Below are positions 8,403 through 16,981 of a stretch of DNA of 19,874 nucleotides, in pieces. The notes under the pieces are model-generated. The model was not told the origin of the DNA. It searched no databases and saw only the letters and a list, made by a program, of their open reading frames with translations. Each line of letters begins with the position of its first letter. The first letter of the stretch is position 1. The translations under genes and the position numbers were made by a program. The stretch is from Breznakia blatticola (GTDB lineage: Bacteria > Bacillota_I > Bacilli_A > Erysipelotrichales > Erysipelotrichaceae), in contig NZ_SODD01000046.1 of assembly GCF_004365815.1 (NCBI RefSeq), positions 1 through 19,874 of the forward strand, given 5' to 3'.

Positions 8403-9716
8403 TCATGATTCATCATGTAATGTAATCTCTAACTCATTTCCTGCATAATCAGAAATATAAAGTACACCTGTTACTCCATATGGACAAGTTAGAATCATTT
8501 GATTCAATGATGGATGTATCGTTATTTCTTTGTTGATACGTACTCCATTTTCATAATAGCGAATACTTTCAAAGTTAACTTGTGATGCATCATCAGAAAC
8601 ATAAATTGTATACGTTGTTCCATCAATTTCATACCCTTGAACTACCGGACTATGCATATCAAATGTAGAAATACTCACGATTCGCTCATCAATTTGTTTG
8701 CCATCCTTCATTAGAGTTACACTATAACTTCCATTACTTGCGATGACTAGACTCTCTTGATTATTCACAAGAATTTGATCATACTCCATATTGGATGTAG
8801 TTACAGTTAGTGTAATTGGCTGATTTGTCCAATTTGTTGGATGCTGAATATCTGTAATACTTGCGAGTTCTTGTACAACAGGTTGTACATCTTGTATTTC
8901 AGGTGCTACTGCTGGCTGTTTTTCTTCTTGATTTAACATGATTGCACCTACAACACCACTTACTCCAATCGTGGAAGCAAGTGCAATTTTTGCCCCTACA
9001 CCAATTCCTACTTTACTTCCTGCTGCTGCACTTCCTACACCTATTGCACTTGTTTGTAATGCGAGATTGATCACTGGAGCATGAATATTCTTTGCTGCTG
9101 AAGCATATGCAACTTGAATTAGCATTGGTGAAATTGCAAATCCCGGTAATGATTTTGCACTAATCCCCTGTTTTTCCAACATTACTTTTAGTTTACTACG
9201 AAGATGATTCAATCGTGAATATACCGTACCTTCAGGTATTTGTAAAATGTATGCAATCTCACTTACTTGAAGTTCATCATAGTATCGCAAGAGTGCAACA
9301 TTTCGTAATGACGCATTTAAAGAATGAATGCAATTATATACGATTGCTTGCATCTCTTTATTCTCTATGATTTCTTTTGCTGTTTGTTGATTTACATCTT
9401 CGAAATCTTCCACGCGAACATCATCTCCTAAATCCAGTAGTTTCTTTTTCTTACGCTCATAATCATGGCAAATATTCATTGTAATACGTTTCATCCAAGT
9501 ATAGAATGCTTCAGGACTCTCCAATGTATCAATCTTGTTGTAAATACGGATAAATACATCTTGAACAACATCTTTTGCTGTATGTTCATTATGAAAATAA
9601 TCCCATGCTGTAAAATATACATTGTTTGCATATATCTCGTACAATTTCTGAAATGCCTCTTGATCGTTTTGCTTAACTCGATTCACTAACTCTACTACTT
9701 CTCTTTTCTCTTTCAT
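8403..9716 (-). CDS. Membrane-tethered ECF-type sigma-70 family protein (sigma region 2 + region 4, TM segment, ~175-aa extracytoplasmic domain), 437 aa.
   Basis: Region 2 reads DVVQDVFIRIYNKI...FYTWMKRITMNICHDY. The region 4 HTH reads LLRYYDELQVSEIAYILQIPEGTVYSRLNHLRSKLK. A Gly/Ala-rich TM segment lies at about 8934..9002, followed by a beta-rich C-terminal domain. The ATG at 9716 follows GAGGGGTG. Confidence 0.85.
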   Translation of the reverse strand: MKEKREVVELVNRVKQNDQEAFQKLYEIYANNVYFTAWDYFHNEHTAKDVVQDVFIRIYNKIDTLESPEAFYTWMKRITMNICHDYERKKKKLLDLGDDVRVEDFEDVNQQTAKEIIENKEMQAIVYNCIHSLNASLRNVALLRYYDELQVSEIAYILQIPEGTVYSRLNHLRSKLKVMLEKQGISAKSLPGFAISPMLIQVAYASAAKNIHAPVINLALQTSAIGVGSAAAGSKVGIGVGAKIALASTIGVSGVVGAIMLNQEEKQPAVAPEIQDVQPVVQELASITDIQHPTNWTNQPITLTVTTSNMEYDQILVNNQESLVIASNGSYSVTLMKDGKQIDERIVSISTFDMHSPVVQGYEIDGTTYTIYVSDDASQVNFESIRYYENGVRINKEITIHPSLNQMILTCPYGVTGVLYISDYAGNELEITLHDES

Positions 9717-9810
9717 CGAACACCCCTCACACAAACTACCAGTTCTAAATCTTTTTCTTTCATACAATTATGTCGCTACCCAAATGGATGAAAGAATTAT
9801 GTAGTATTTG

Positions 9811-9839
9811 ACACAAAACGAGGCAAATGGTTATGCCTC
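9811..9839 (-). terminator. Weak terminator-like hairpin between the LRR gene and sigma gene 1.
   Basis: Stem GAGGCA-taaccatt-TGCCTC followed by GTTTTGTGT on the minus strand. The stem is short, so read-through is plausible. Confidence 0.4.
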
Positions 9840-9860
9840 ATTTTGCGCTGCCCATAATAT

Positions 9861-11267
9861 TTAGTTTTCTTTCTTTTTCTTAATTGCGATTGCACCAATG
9901 GCAACACCACTAATCAATAAAGTGTATAGAAGTGTATTTGTTGTATATACATCACCAGTTGCAACACTTGGTTTACTTGATAATCCTTTCGATGGATCAT
10001 TTACTGGTTCAGTTGGTGTCGGTTTAACTGGATCCACTGGTTTTACTGGATCAATTGGATCTATTGGATCAACTGGGTCCACTGGATCGATTGGATCGAC
10101 AGGGTCAACAATCGGTGGTTGTTTTATACTAACCTTGGATACGATAAACATATACTCTTCTCTTTTTGCATCATCACCAACTACATACCCATCTGGAGAA
10201 AATAGTCTTTGTGGGCGAACTTTAATTTCATCAACTCTGTAGTAATAGTTTAGTGCTTCTAGTTCAGCGGCACGTAAAATAAAACTATGTTTATCTAGTA
10301 CTTCCCAATTACAATCTTCGTGTAATTCAACTTTATTCATATTAATACCATCAATAGTTACTACATACCCATCATCTGTTTCGTCAGCAATTAAATCAAT
10401 TACATTCGACTTTATCGCAAAATCTGCTTTTGTACTTCTATCATAGAATCTGTACTGTACGGGATCACCACCAATTTCCAAAAATGGAAATTGATTTCCA
10501 CCTAATATAACTGATAAATAATCATAATTTGAATCTGCCAGAAAATACGGATTACTAAAAAGAGTATTAAGAATTCCAACCGTATGAACATCAGATAAAT
10601 CGAAATATTCATCTGTGATTGGAACACTTTCAATATCTATAGAACCAGTCACCTTAACTGCACCGTTAATACTCGTAAGTTTTGGTAATGAAGATAATGA
10701 AAATACATCAATTTCACTTTCTTCATGTAGTATCAACGATGAAAGACTATCCATCGCCCATAAATTTAATTCTCCTATTTCACGCATATGTGAAACATCA
10801 ACACTTGTAACATTAGGAACTACAGACAATGTTAAATAATACATGAAATCTAGTGCATCTAAATTTACTGTCTTAAGATCATCTGTTTCATATACTTCTA
10901 AGGCATTTAGTTTGCTTCCTTCAGGTATTACTAAATTTGAACCTTTAAAATGCCCTAAAGTAAGAGATTTTGTCTCCAGTAATTCAATTCCTTTGAAATC
11001 ACGAATATCATATTCATCGCAATCAATATCTAGATCTTTAAATGGATTATTGGTTGCAAGTTCTTCCTTTGTGATGATACCATCACTTGCAATTTCTTTA
11101 CTTTCTACATAACTTCTAAAATTTGCATCAGGAAAATTTTCCTTTGTAACATGCACATCACTATCTACAACATTCATAGGTTGTAATGTTTCCAAATGTT
11201 GTACATTTGGTTGCATGATTCCTAGTGATAATGAAATCATGGCTACTGTTTTCAATACTAAATTCAT
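9861..11267 (-). CDS. Cell-wall-anchored leucine-rich-repeat surface protein with a Pro-x-Asp stalk, 468 aa.
   Basis: It has a signal peptide (MNLVLKTVAMISLSLG...), LRR-like ~22-aa periodicity in the region L..L.L....L..VD.S, and a PVDPIDPVDPVDPIDPIDPVKPVDPVKP stalk. The C-terminus carries SVATGD, a hydrophobic segment and KKKKEN. An AGGAGGAG SD precedes the ATG at 11267. Confidence 0.85.
   Translation of the reverse strand: MNLVLKTVAMISLSLGIMQPNVQHLETLQPMNVVDSDVHVTKENFPDANFRSYVESKEIASDGIITKEELATNNPFKDLDIDCDEYDIRDFKGIELLETKSLTLGHFKGSNLVIPEGSKLNALEVYETDDLKTVNLDALDFMYYLTLSVVPNVTSVDVSHMREIGELNLWAMDSLSSLILHEESEIDVFSLSSLPKLTSINGAVKVTGSIDIESVPITDEYFDLSDVHTVGILNTLFSNPYFLADSNYDYLSVILGGNQFPFLEIGGDPVQYRFYDRSTKADFAIKSNVIDLIADETDDGYVVTIDGINMNKVELHEDCNWEVLDKHSFILRAAELEALNYYYRVDEIKVRPQRLFSPDGYVVGDDAKREEYMFIVSKVSIKQPPIVDPVDPIDPVDPVDPIDPIDPVKPVDPVKPTPTEPVNDPSKGLSSKPSVATGDVYTTNTLLYTLLISGVAIGAIAIKKKKEN
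10021..10110. repeat. Ten tandem 9-bp units (GGATCNAYT-like) encoding the P-x-D stalk.
   Basis: Units read directly from the sequence: ggtttaact ggatccact ggttttact ggatcaatt ggatctatt ggatcaact gggtccact ggatcgatt ggatcgaca gggtcaaca. Confidence 0.85.
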
Positions 11268-11464
11268 TCCTTCTCCTCCTGTTAATATTTTATTAACCAC
11301 ACAACAATCCTTAACACTTTCTTGCACACGGATAGCAACGAGATCGATTATTCATATTAAGGATCCAAGAATATTCAGTTGAATATTTCTTTCAATACAT
11401 AGACGTAGCACATTTCGCTAACCATCAAACTTTTTTTACTTTTTATCAGCTCCTTACTTTTGCA

Positions 11465-11497
11465 TATAAAAAAACAGCTCGCACAATTTTGAACTGT
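11465..11497 (-). terminator. Terminator-like hairpin inside the sigma2-LRR intergenic region.
   Basis: Minus strand reads ACAGTTC-aaaattgtgc-GAGCTGT (one G-U pair), followed by TTTTTTTAT. Confidence 0.55.
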
Positions 11498-11717
11498 TTG
11501 TAAGGTTAAGCTATATTTGTCTAATTATACCGATATGACAAAAACTGTAATTTGGATAGACTAAAAAAATCCCTATTACATTACTTTCCATTATTGGCAC
11601 ATATACACATAGAGTACACACATACTCTACTTTCATAGTAAACAAGAAAATGAAAACTGTAAAGAAAAAGGATAGATATCTTTATTGTGATATTTTATGT
11701 ATGTTATAGATAATCCA

Positions 11718-11860
11718 GCAAAAAGAAAACAGCCTTTGCGTTCAGGGTAGCAAAAGACTGTTCTCCAACTTCGTTTATGTGTGATGGAAGTTTTGAAGGT
11801 ATGATTTTCCCTCTTGTATCACCCTTCACTTATTAGACGCTTTTTATAACGTATATCTTC
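11718..11860 (-). ncRNA. Copy A of a ~140-nt repeated two-hairpin element (candidate sRNA or 3'-UTR element), ending in an intrinsic terminator.
   Basis: It is colinear with copies B and C: GAAGAT...GTCTA.TAAG.GAAGGGT...CCTT..ACTTC[CA-rich loop]GAAGT, then a second hairpin CAGTCTTTTGC/GCAAAGGCTG (11731..11760) and TTTTCTTTTTG. It starts 16 nt after the sigma-2 stop codon. Confidence 0.45.
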
Positions 11861-11876
11861 AAAAAAGTTTGTTTTT

Positions 11877-13208
11877 TTATCCATTACCATCCCGGAGTAC
11901 CAATTTTAGCTCGTTTCCAGCATGATCATAGATGTAGACAATCTCTCTACTTCCGTATGCGCAATCAAGCGAAATGGTATTTGTTGATGGATCAAAACGA
12001 ATGTCTTTTTGAATATACTTCCCGTCTTTCTCACATACCGTTTGTGAGAAATCAATTCCGGATAGTGCATCAGCTAATGTAATCGTATATGATGTTTGGC
12101 TAATTGTATAATCAGGTACTGTTGGACTTGCAAAATCAAAGTTTTCAATACTTACTCTTTGCTCATCAATTTGTTTTCCTTCATACATCAAAGTGACTAC
12201 ATATTCACCATTATCTACAACTGTTAAATCTTGATTTCCATTAAGTAGTATTTCATCATATACATCACTTGTCGTTGTTACTTGCAAAGTGTATGCCGTA
12301 TTCGTCCAAGCCGTTGGATATGTAATATCTTTTATTTTTGCATGTTCTTTTACTGCAGTTGCTGGTTGTTGAACAATTGGATCTGGGTGATTATCTTCTA
12401 ATGGCGCACTTTGTGGTTGATTAAAAAAGTATAATCCTACTAAACTTGCTACACCAACAGTGGAAACGAGTGCTACCTTAGTTGATGCCATCCACCCAGA
12501 TTTCGTACTTGCCGTTGTTAATGCTTCTTTACTTACTCCAATAAGCGCAGCAGAAGACATAGTTACAGGAACTGAAATATGATTTGCACCAGCTTCAAAA
12601 GCAAGTTTCAATAACGTCGGAGTTAATACAAAACCTGACAAACTACGAGAAGATATCCCTTGTTCTTCAAGTACTTCTTTTAACTTTGCCTTCATACTAT
12701 GTAATCTAGAATGTACAGTTCCTTCAGGAATTTGTAATACATCAGAAATCTCAGAAACCGATAGTTCATCATAATATCGAAGAATTCCAACCGTACGAAG
12801 TGGTGTACGTAACGATTGTATCCCTTCATATATGGTTTGTTGAAGTTCTTTATTTTCTAAAATTGCGCTAGCATCTTTTTGATTGAAGTCCTCAAAGTCT
12901 TCTATTGTATATTCACTTCCCAAATCTACTACCTGGTCTTTCTTTTTATCATAGTCATAACATACATTATAGGTAATTCGAATAATCCAAGTATAAAATG
13001 CACCTGGATTATCTAATTTATGAATGTTTTTATGTATTCGAATAAACACATCTTGAACAACATCACGTGCAGTCACTTCATCATGAAAATAGTTTAGCGC
13101 TTTGAAATACACATTATTTACATACGCTCGATATAGTTCTTCAAATGCTTCTTGGTTTCCTTCTTTTACCTTCACTATCAGGTCTTTTAATTTCTCTTTA
13201 TCTTTCAT
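11877..13208 (-). CDS. Membrane-tethered ECF-type sigma-70 family protein, paralog of 8403..9716, 443 aa.
   Basis: The architecture and block-wise sequence conservation match those of 8403..9716 (DVVQDVFIRIH..., LRYYDELSVSEISDVLQIPEGTVHSRL). The TM segment lies at about 12423..12491 and the C-terminal domain is homologous. I chose the ATG at 13208, ~9 nt after AAGGAA. Confidence 0.85.
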   Translation of the reverse strand: MKDKEKLKDLIVKVKEGNQEAFEELYRAYVNNVYFKALNYFHDEVTARDVVQDVFIRIHKNIHKLDNPGAFYTWIIRITYNVCYDYDKKKDQVVDLGSEYTIEDFEDFNQKDASAILENKELQQTIYEGIQSLRTPLRTVGILRYYDELSVSEISDVLQIPEGTVHSRLHSMKAKLKEVLEEQGISSRSLSGFVLTPTLLKLAFEAGANHISVPVTMSSAALIGVSKEALTTASTKSGWMASTKVALVSTVGVASLVGLYFFNQPQSAPLEDNHPDPIVQQPATAVKEHAKIKDITYPTAWTNTAYTLQVTTTSDVYDEILLNGNQDLTVVDNGEYVVTLMYEGKQIDEQRVSIENFDFASPTVPDYTISQTSYTITLADALSGIDFSQTVCEKDGKYIQKDIRFDPSTNTISLDCAYGSREIVYIYDHAGNELKLVLRDGNG

Positions 13209-13394
13209 TTCACACATTTCCTTGATTTATTTTATTTATAACGGCATAGCGCCACTTCACTAATTATTGCTACCCTTCAAATCGAATATCATGTATCGAA
13301 TAATAGAAATTTTGTCCCCCTTAGTCTTTGATATAGCTTTAGCTTTCAATGTTGGTAAGGAGGACATTTCATTTATGTTAAGAAATATTTATGT

Positions 13395-16300
13395 TTATTT
13401 CTTTTGTAGTTTCTTGCGTGCAAATAATAAGCAAATAACAAACCCGCTCATCATTACACAAGCAAGTAATGCATTAGCTGCACTTACATCACCTGTTTTC
13501 ACACTTGGAATCACATCTAATTCCTTCACTGGAGATGTTGATGGTAATTCTGTAAATGGATCTTCAGGTTTTTCTGGTGTTGGTGGAGTTTCTTTTGGAT
13601 CTTCCACTTTCTTCGTATTATATGCTTTTACAACAATCACACCAGTTGTATCTTTTGTAACTTCAAATTCTACATTGGTTGCATCTAATACATATCCTTC
13701 AGGTGCTCCTACTTCTTTAAAGTAGTATGAACCTTCTGGTAAGTCTTTTACTTCAATGCGTCCATCTGCATTTGTTGTATATACCTCATCATTTACTTTT
13801 GTTGCATTTCCTTTTTCATCTACAACGTATAGATCAAATTCAGCACCCTCTAATGTAATCGCTTCATTACTATCTGTATCATACTTAATTAACTCTACAT
13901 CTGCAACATTTGGTGGAGTTTTCGTATTGTATGCTTTTACGATGACTTTCGTATTTGTGTTTTCATCAATTTCAAACATCACTTTTGCATCATCTAAGTC
14001 ATATCCATTTGGTGCTTTTACTTCTTTAAAGTAATATGAACCTTCAAGTAGATCTTCAACTGTGATTTTTCCATCTTTATCTGTAACATATGGAGTTGTG
14101 TTTACTTTCGTATCACCATTAGTAGCATCCACGACATATAAATCAAATTCTGCTCCTTCTAATGTTACTGATTCATTTGTATCTGCGTCATATTTAATCA
14201 GTTGAACATCTTCTGTATGTGGTGGGATTTTTTTATTATATGCTTTCACTTGCATCGTTGCTTTATCATCTTTGCTGATTGTAAATGGAATATGTTTGTC
14301 ATCTAGCTCATATCCTGAAGGAGCTTTTACTTCTTTAAAGTAATATGAACCTTCAAGTAAATCATTTACTTCGATTTCACCATACATATTTGTTGTGTAT
14401 GGTGTGCTATTCATTTTTGTATCACCATTATTATCCACTAGATATAAATCAAACTCAGCACCTTCAAGCGTAGTTGTTTCATTGCTGTCTAGATCATATT
14501 TTGTTAATTCTACACCACCAGTATATATTTTTTGGTTATACACAGTTGTATACACAACCTTTTGTGCATTTGCTTGTTCGATAACTTCAAATACAATCGG
14601 TTCATTAGACTCTACACCATTGTGTTGATAAACCGCACCGCTCATTTCATAATTTGGTGCTGCTTTTACTTCCTTCCAATAGTAGTAACCATCTTCAAGT
14701 CCACTAACAGTAATCATTCCCCAACTATTTGTAGCTCTCTTTGCAACGAGTGTATCACTACTACTTGGTGTTGTTCCATTTGCTACTTTATATAATTCGA
14801 ATTCTGCATTTGCGATAGTCAGTTGATTCTCTTCATCTTTAGTTGCTAAATCGTATTTATACAGTCCAGCACTTCCTTTTGCACCACCAATAATGGTTCC
14901 ACTATATTCGCTAAACGAAAGTTTAATCTCATTTGATTGCTCACTATTGTTGTTCCAGTATAAGTGTGCTTGATTCGTATATTCTGCACCTTCTGCCATT
15001 CCCTCAGGAAATCTTGCTTTAAAGTTTACACGGTATGCAGGAATTACATAATCAACAGCTGCTAACTCTTTATCTAAATACTCAGCTTGTTTATCTGTAT
15101 AGTAACGGTATTTTACGTCTACACCATTTTCCTCTTTTTCATACGTTAATGTCTTTAAATATGCCAAGAATTTACTATCACCGTTTGTTGGTTCTTGCGC
15201 CTTTACTGCTGGTAAATCTGTGAACTTAGCACCAACATATGATTTACTCGTTGGATCTTTATCTCCTAAATCACCAAAATAAACTATCATTGTTGTTTTA
15301 TCTAAACCGTTTGTATCTTTTTCACGATATAAAACAAGCGATTGACGATCCACATTCTCTAAAAATGCTGCCTTAAATTCATCATAGCTTAGACCAGTTG
15401 CAAATGAATAGTTATCATTTAACTTTAATGTCTCTGTACTGTCTTTATGATATTCGACTTTATCAAAGATACCTCTGGTATCTGCTCCATTTGTTTTATC
15501 TTCTGTATATAAAGCATACCATGCATATTGGCGATCTGAATATGCTCCTATTCCACCATTGTCAATATTTCGTTCTTCATAATCCAATTCATTTCCATCT
15601 TTATCTGTAGTCGCAAATACACGCATAATATGTTGAATTGAAATGGAATCAATTGTTTGGTTATAAGTCAATTCATCTTCCATGTACATTTTTGCACGTG
15701 CATTTGTAATTTTTCCAGACTCATCTTTTCTTCCATTGTATAAAGATATATTGTAATCTACACCTAAGTTAATCGTCCAACTTGTATACCCTTCTTTCTC
15801 ATAGAAGACACCTTCTTTTGAGATTTTTGTAGAATTATCATATGGATTTGCCCCAGTATCTTCAACTGGTTGTTTTTCTGGTGTTTGAATGTTACCTCCA
15901 TCAAGAATCGCATTACCATTGATTACAAGTCCTGAATCTAAACCATTTCCAATAATTTTACCTTCTGCACTTACTGATCCACCTTTAACTACATATGGAC
16001 TATTTGGATCTTCTCCAGCAGGAAGTTCTAAAATTGTAATTGCAATTGTTGTTGTTCCCGTTTTGTCATCTGTTTTAATGGTAAATTCTGCAATTTTATT
16101 ATTCGATCCATCATATAATGGAAATGATTTATCTGCAGTATCAAATACAAGTCCAAACCCTTGACCTGGTACTTTCGAATTATTAATTTCTTCAATTACA
16201 AATTTAAATGTATCGCCTTCTTTAAGCAAATTATCACCATCTGTAACATTTGTATATAAAGCTTCCCAAGCAATATTTAGTCTAACTTGACTATAGTTTT

Positions 16301-16517
16301 TTACTTGATAATTACCTTCTAGGTCAACCAAATCTTTGATATCCACAAAATTTAGTCCATTTGTTACTTCCACAGTTACCGTTGGTGCTTTAATCTTGTG
16401 ATATGCATTACCGTAATCTACATCACCTTCTGCTGCTAGTGCTGTTCCACCACTAGCAAATATCATGTTAATCATCATAAAAGCCGCTAATAAAACACTA
16501 AAAAATTTCTTCTTCAT
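13395..16517 (-). CDS. Large cell-wall-anchored adhesin: signal peptide, ~510-aa N-terminal adhesin region, four SpaA/Cna-B-like (prealbumin-fold) repeats and a sorting signal, 1040 aa.
   Basis: The signal peptide ends ...GTALA|AEG. The repeats carry LEGAEFDLY.VD...G.I.V.DL.EGSYYFKEVKAP.GY. The C-terminus carries PSVKTGD, a hydrophobic segment and RKKLQKK. An AAGGAGA SD is present. Confidence 0.9.
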   Translation of the reverse strand: MKKKFFSVLLAAFMMINMIFASGGTALAAEGDVDYGNAYHKIKAPTVTVEVTNGLNFVDIKDLVDLEGNYQVKNYSQVRLNIAWEALYTNVTDGDNLLKEGDTFKFVIEEINNSKVPGQGFGLVFDTADKSFPLYDGSNNKIAEFTIKTDDKTGTTTIAITILELPAGEDPNSPYVVKGGSVSAEGKIIGNGLDSGLVINGNAILDGGNIQTPEKQPVEDTGANPYDNSTKISKEGVFYEKEGYTSWTINLGVDYNISLYNGRKDESGKITNARAKMYMEDELTYNQTIDSISIQHIMRVFATTDKDGNELDYEERNIDNGGIGAYSDRQYAWYALYTEDKTNGADTRGIFDKVEYHKDSTETLKLNDNYSFATGLSYDEFKAAFLENVDRQSLVLYREKDTNGLDKTTMIVYFGDLGDKDPTSKSYVGAKFTDLPAVKAQEPTNGDSKFLAYLKTLTYEKEENGVDVKYRYYTDKQAEYLDKELAAVDYVIPAYRVNFKARFPEGMAEGAEYTNQAHLYWNNNSEQSNEIKLSFSEYSGTIIGGAKGSAGLYKYDLATKDEENQLTIANAEFELYKVANGTTPSSSDTLVAKRATNSWGMITVSGLEDGYYYWKEVKAAPNYEMSGAVYQHNGVESNEPIVFEVIEQANAQKVVYTTVYNQKIYTGGVELTKYDLDSNETTTLEGAEFDLYLVDNNGDTKMNSTPYTTNMYGEIEVNDLLEGSYYFKEVKAPSGYELDDKHIPFTISKDDKATMQVKAYNKKIPPHTEDVQLIKYDADTNESVTLEGAEFDLYVVDATNGDTKVNTTPYVTDKDGKITVEDLLEGSYYFKEVKAPNGYDLDDAKVMFEIDENTNTKVIVKAYNTKTPPNVADVELIKYDTDSNEAITLEGAEFDLYVVDEKGNATKVNDEVYTTNADGRIEVKDLPEGSYYFKEVGAPEGYVLDATNVEFEVTKDTTGVIVVKAYNTKKVEDPKETPPTPEKPEDPFTELPSTSPVKELDVIPSVKTGDVSAANALLACVMMSGFVICLLFARKKLQKK
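13614..14876. repeat. Intragenic tandem repeats encoding the SpaA/Cna-B-like domains. Three units have a 309-bp period and a fourth is more divergent.
   Basis: The marker string acttctttaa recurs at 13711, 14020 and 14329, which gives exact 309-bp spacing. The antisense shadow ORFs on the plus strand repeat the same peptide (YP.GA.TSLK). Confidence 0.85.
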
Positions 16518-16671
16518 AACTTGTCTCCTTATCTTTCACACATACAATTCACACACTGACCAAGTTTGTAATTCACTGCCTACTTTGCTTACACATTCAA
16601 AGTGCAACGAGAGTTCCATATCCTAGAAATCTATCTTTGAAGTCATCTACACAAACAGTTATCTATCAAAA

Positions 16672-16717
16672 CACTAAAAAAGAGTGTCTATGCTATGTTG
16701 AACAACAAGACACTCTT
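16672..16717 (-). terminator. Strong rho-independent terminator ~155 nt upstream of the large adhesin start codon.
   Basis: Perfect 10-bp stem AAGAGTGTCT/AGACACTCTT (16680..16689 and 16708..16717), followed on the minus strand by TTTTTAGTGTTTTG. Confidence 0.8.
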
Positions 16718-16834
16718 AAAAAATGTTGCCATTTTTCACCTAGAGAGTTTCCTTACCCACACATAACACACTGATATTTACACACTTTAACTCAATTTTG
16801 TATATCTTTCCCACTCCACACAAGTTCAAGTATT

Positions 16835-16976
16835 GAAAAGCAACCTTTAATTTTGAAGATTGCTTTCAGACTTCAAATTAAATGTGTGTATGGAAGTCCT
16901 GAAGTTCAACTCTTTATTTTCTTTTTTCTATGAGTATCGCTTCATTTATATAGACTTCAATTTTTCTAAAATCTTC
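16835..16976 (-). ncRNA. Copy B of the ~140-nt repeated two-hairpin element. It has its own upstream promoter, and its second hairpin lacks a U-tract.
   Basis: GAAGATTTT...GTCTAtaTAAatGAAgcgaTACTCA...GACTTC[catacacacatttaattt]GAAGTC, followed by GAAAGCAA/TTGCTTTTC. It is colinear with A and C. Confidence 0.45.
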
Positions 16977-16981
16977 GGAAA

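Noticed and set aside
3208-11327. N-terminal extensions in the ORF track (3208..3297, 5384..5395, 6458..6529, 8344..8406, 9717..9767, 11268..11327, 13209..13217).
   Set aside because: Internal ATG codons with proper SD spacing, and in two cases with typical signal-peptide N-termini, give better starts. The extensions overlap upstream genes, terminators or promoters.
13267-16164. Plus-strand ORFs inside the large adhesin gene (13267..13725, 13756..14034, 14395..14628 and others), with mutually similar peptides.
   Set aside because: Their similarity only mirrors the 309-bp tandem repeats of the minus-strand gene. They have no start context and no motifs.
11320-16615. Shared octamer CTCGTTGC upstream of the LRR gene (about 11335..11342) and of the large adhesin gene (about 16604..16611), considered as an ECF-type CGT -10 element.
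   Set aside because: An 8-mer shared between two ~150-nt regions is expected by chance fairly often. I could not find a consistently spaced AAC-type -35 in either region. It cannot be supported without TSS data.
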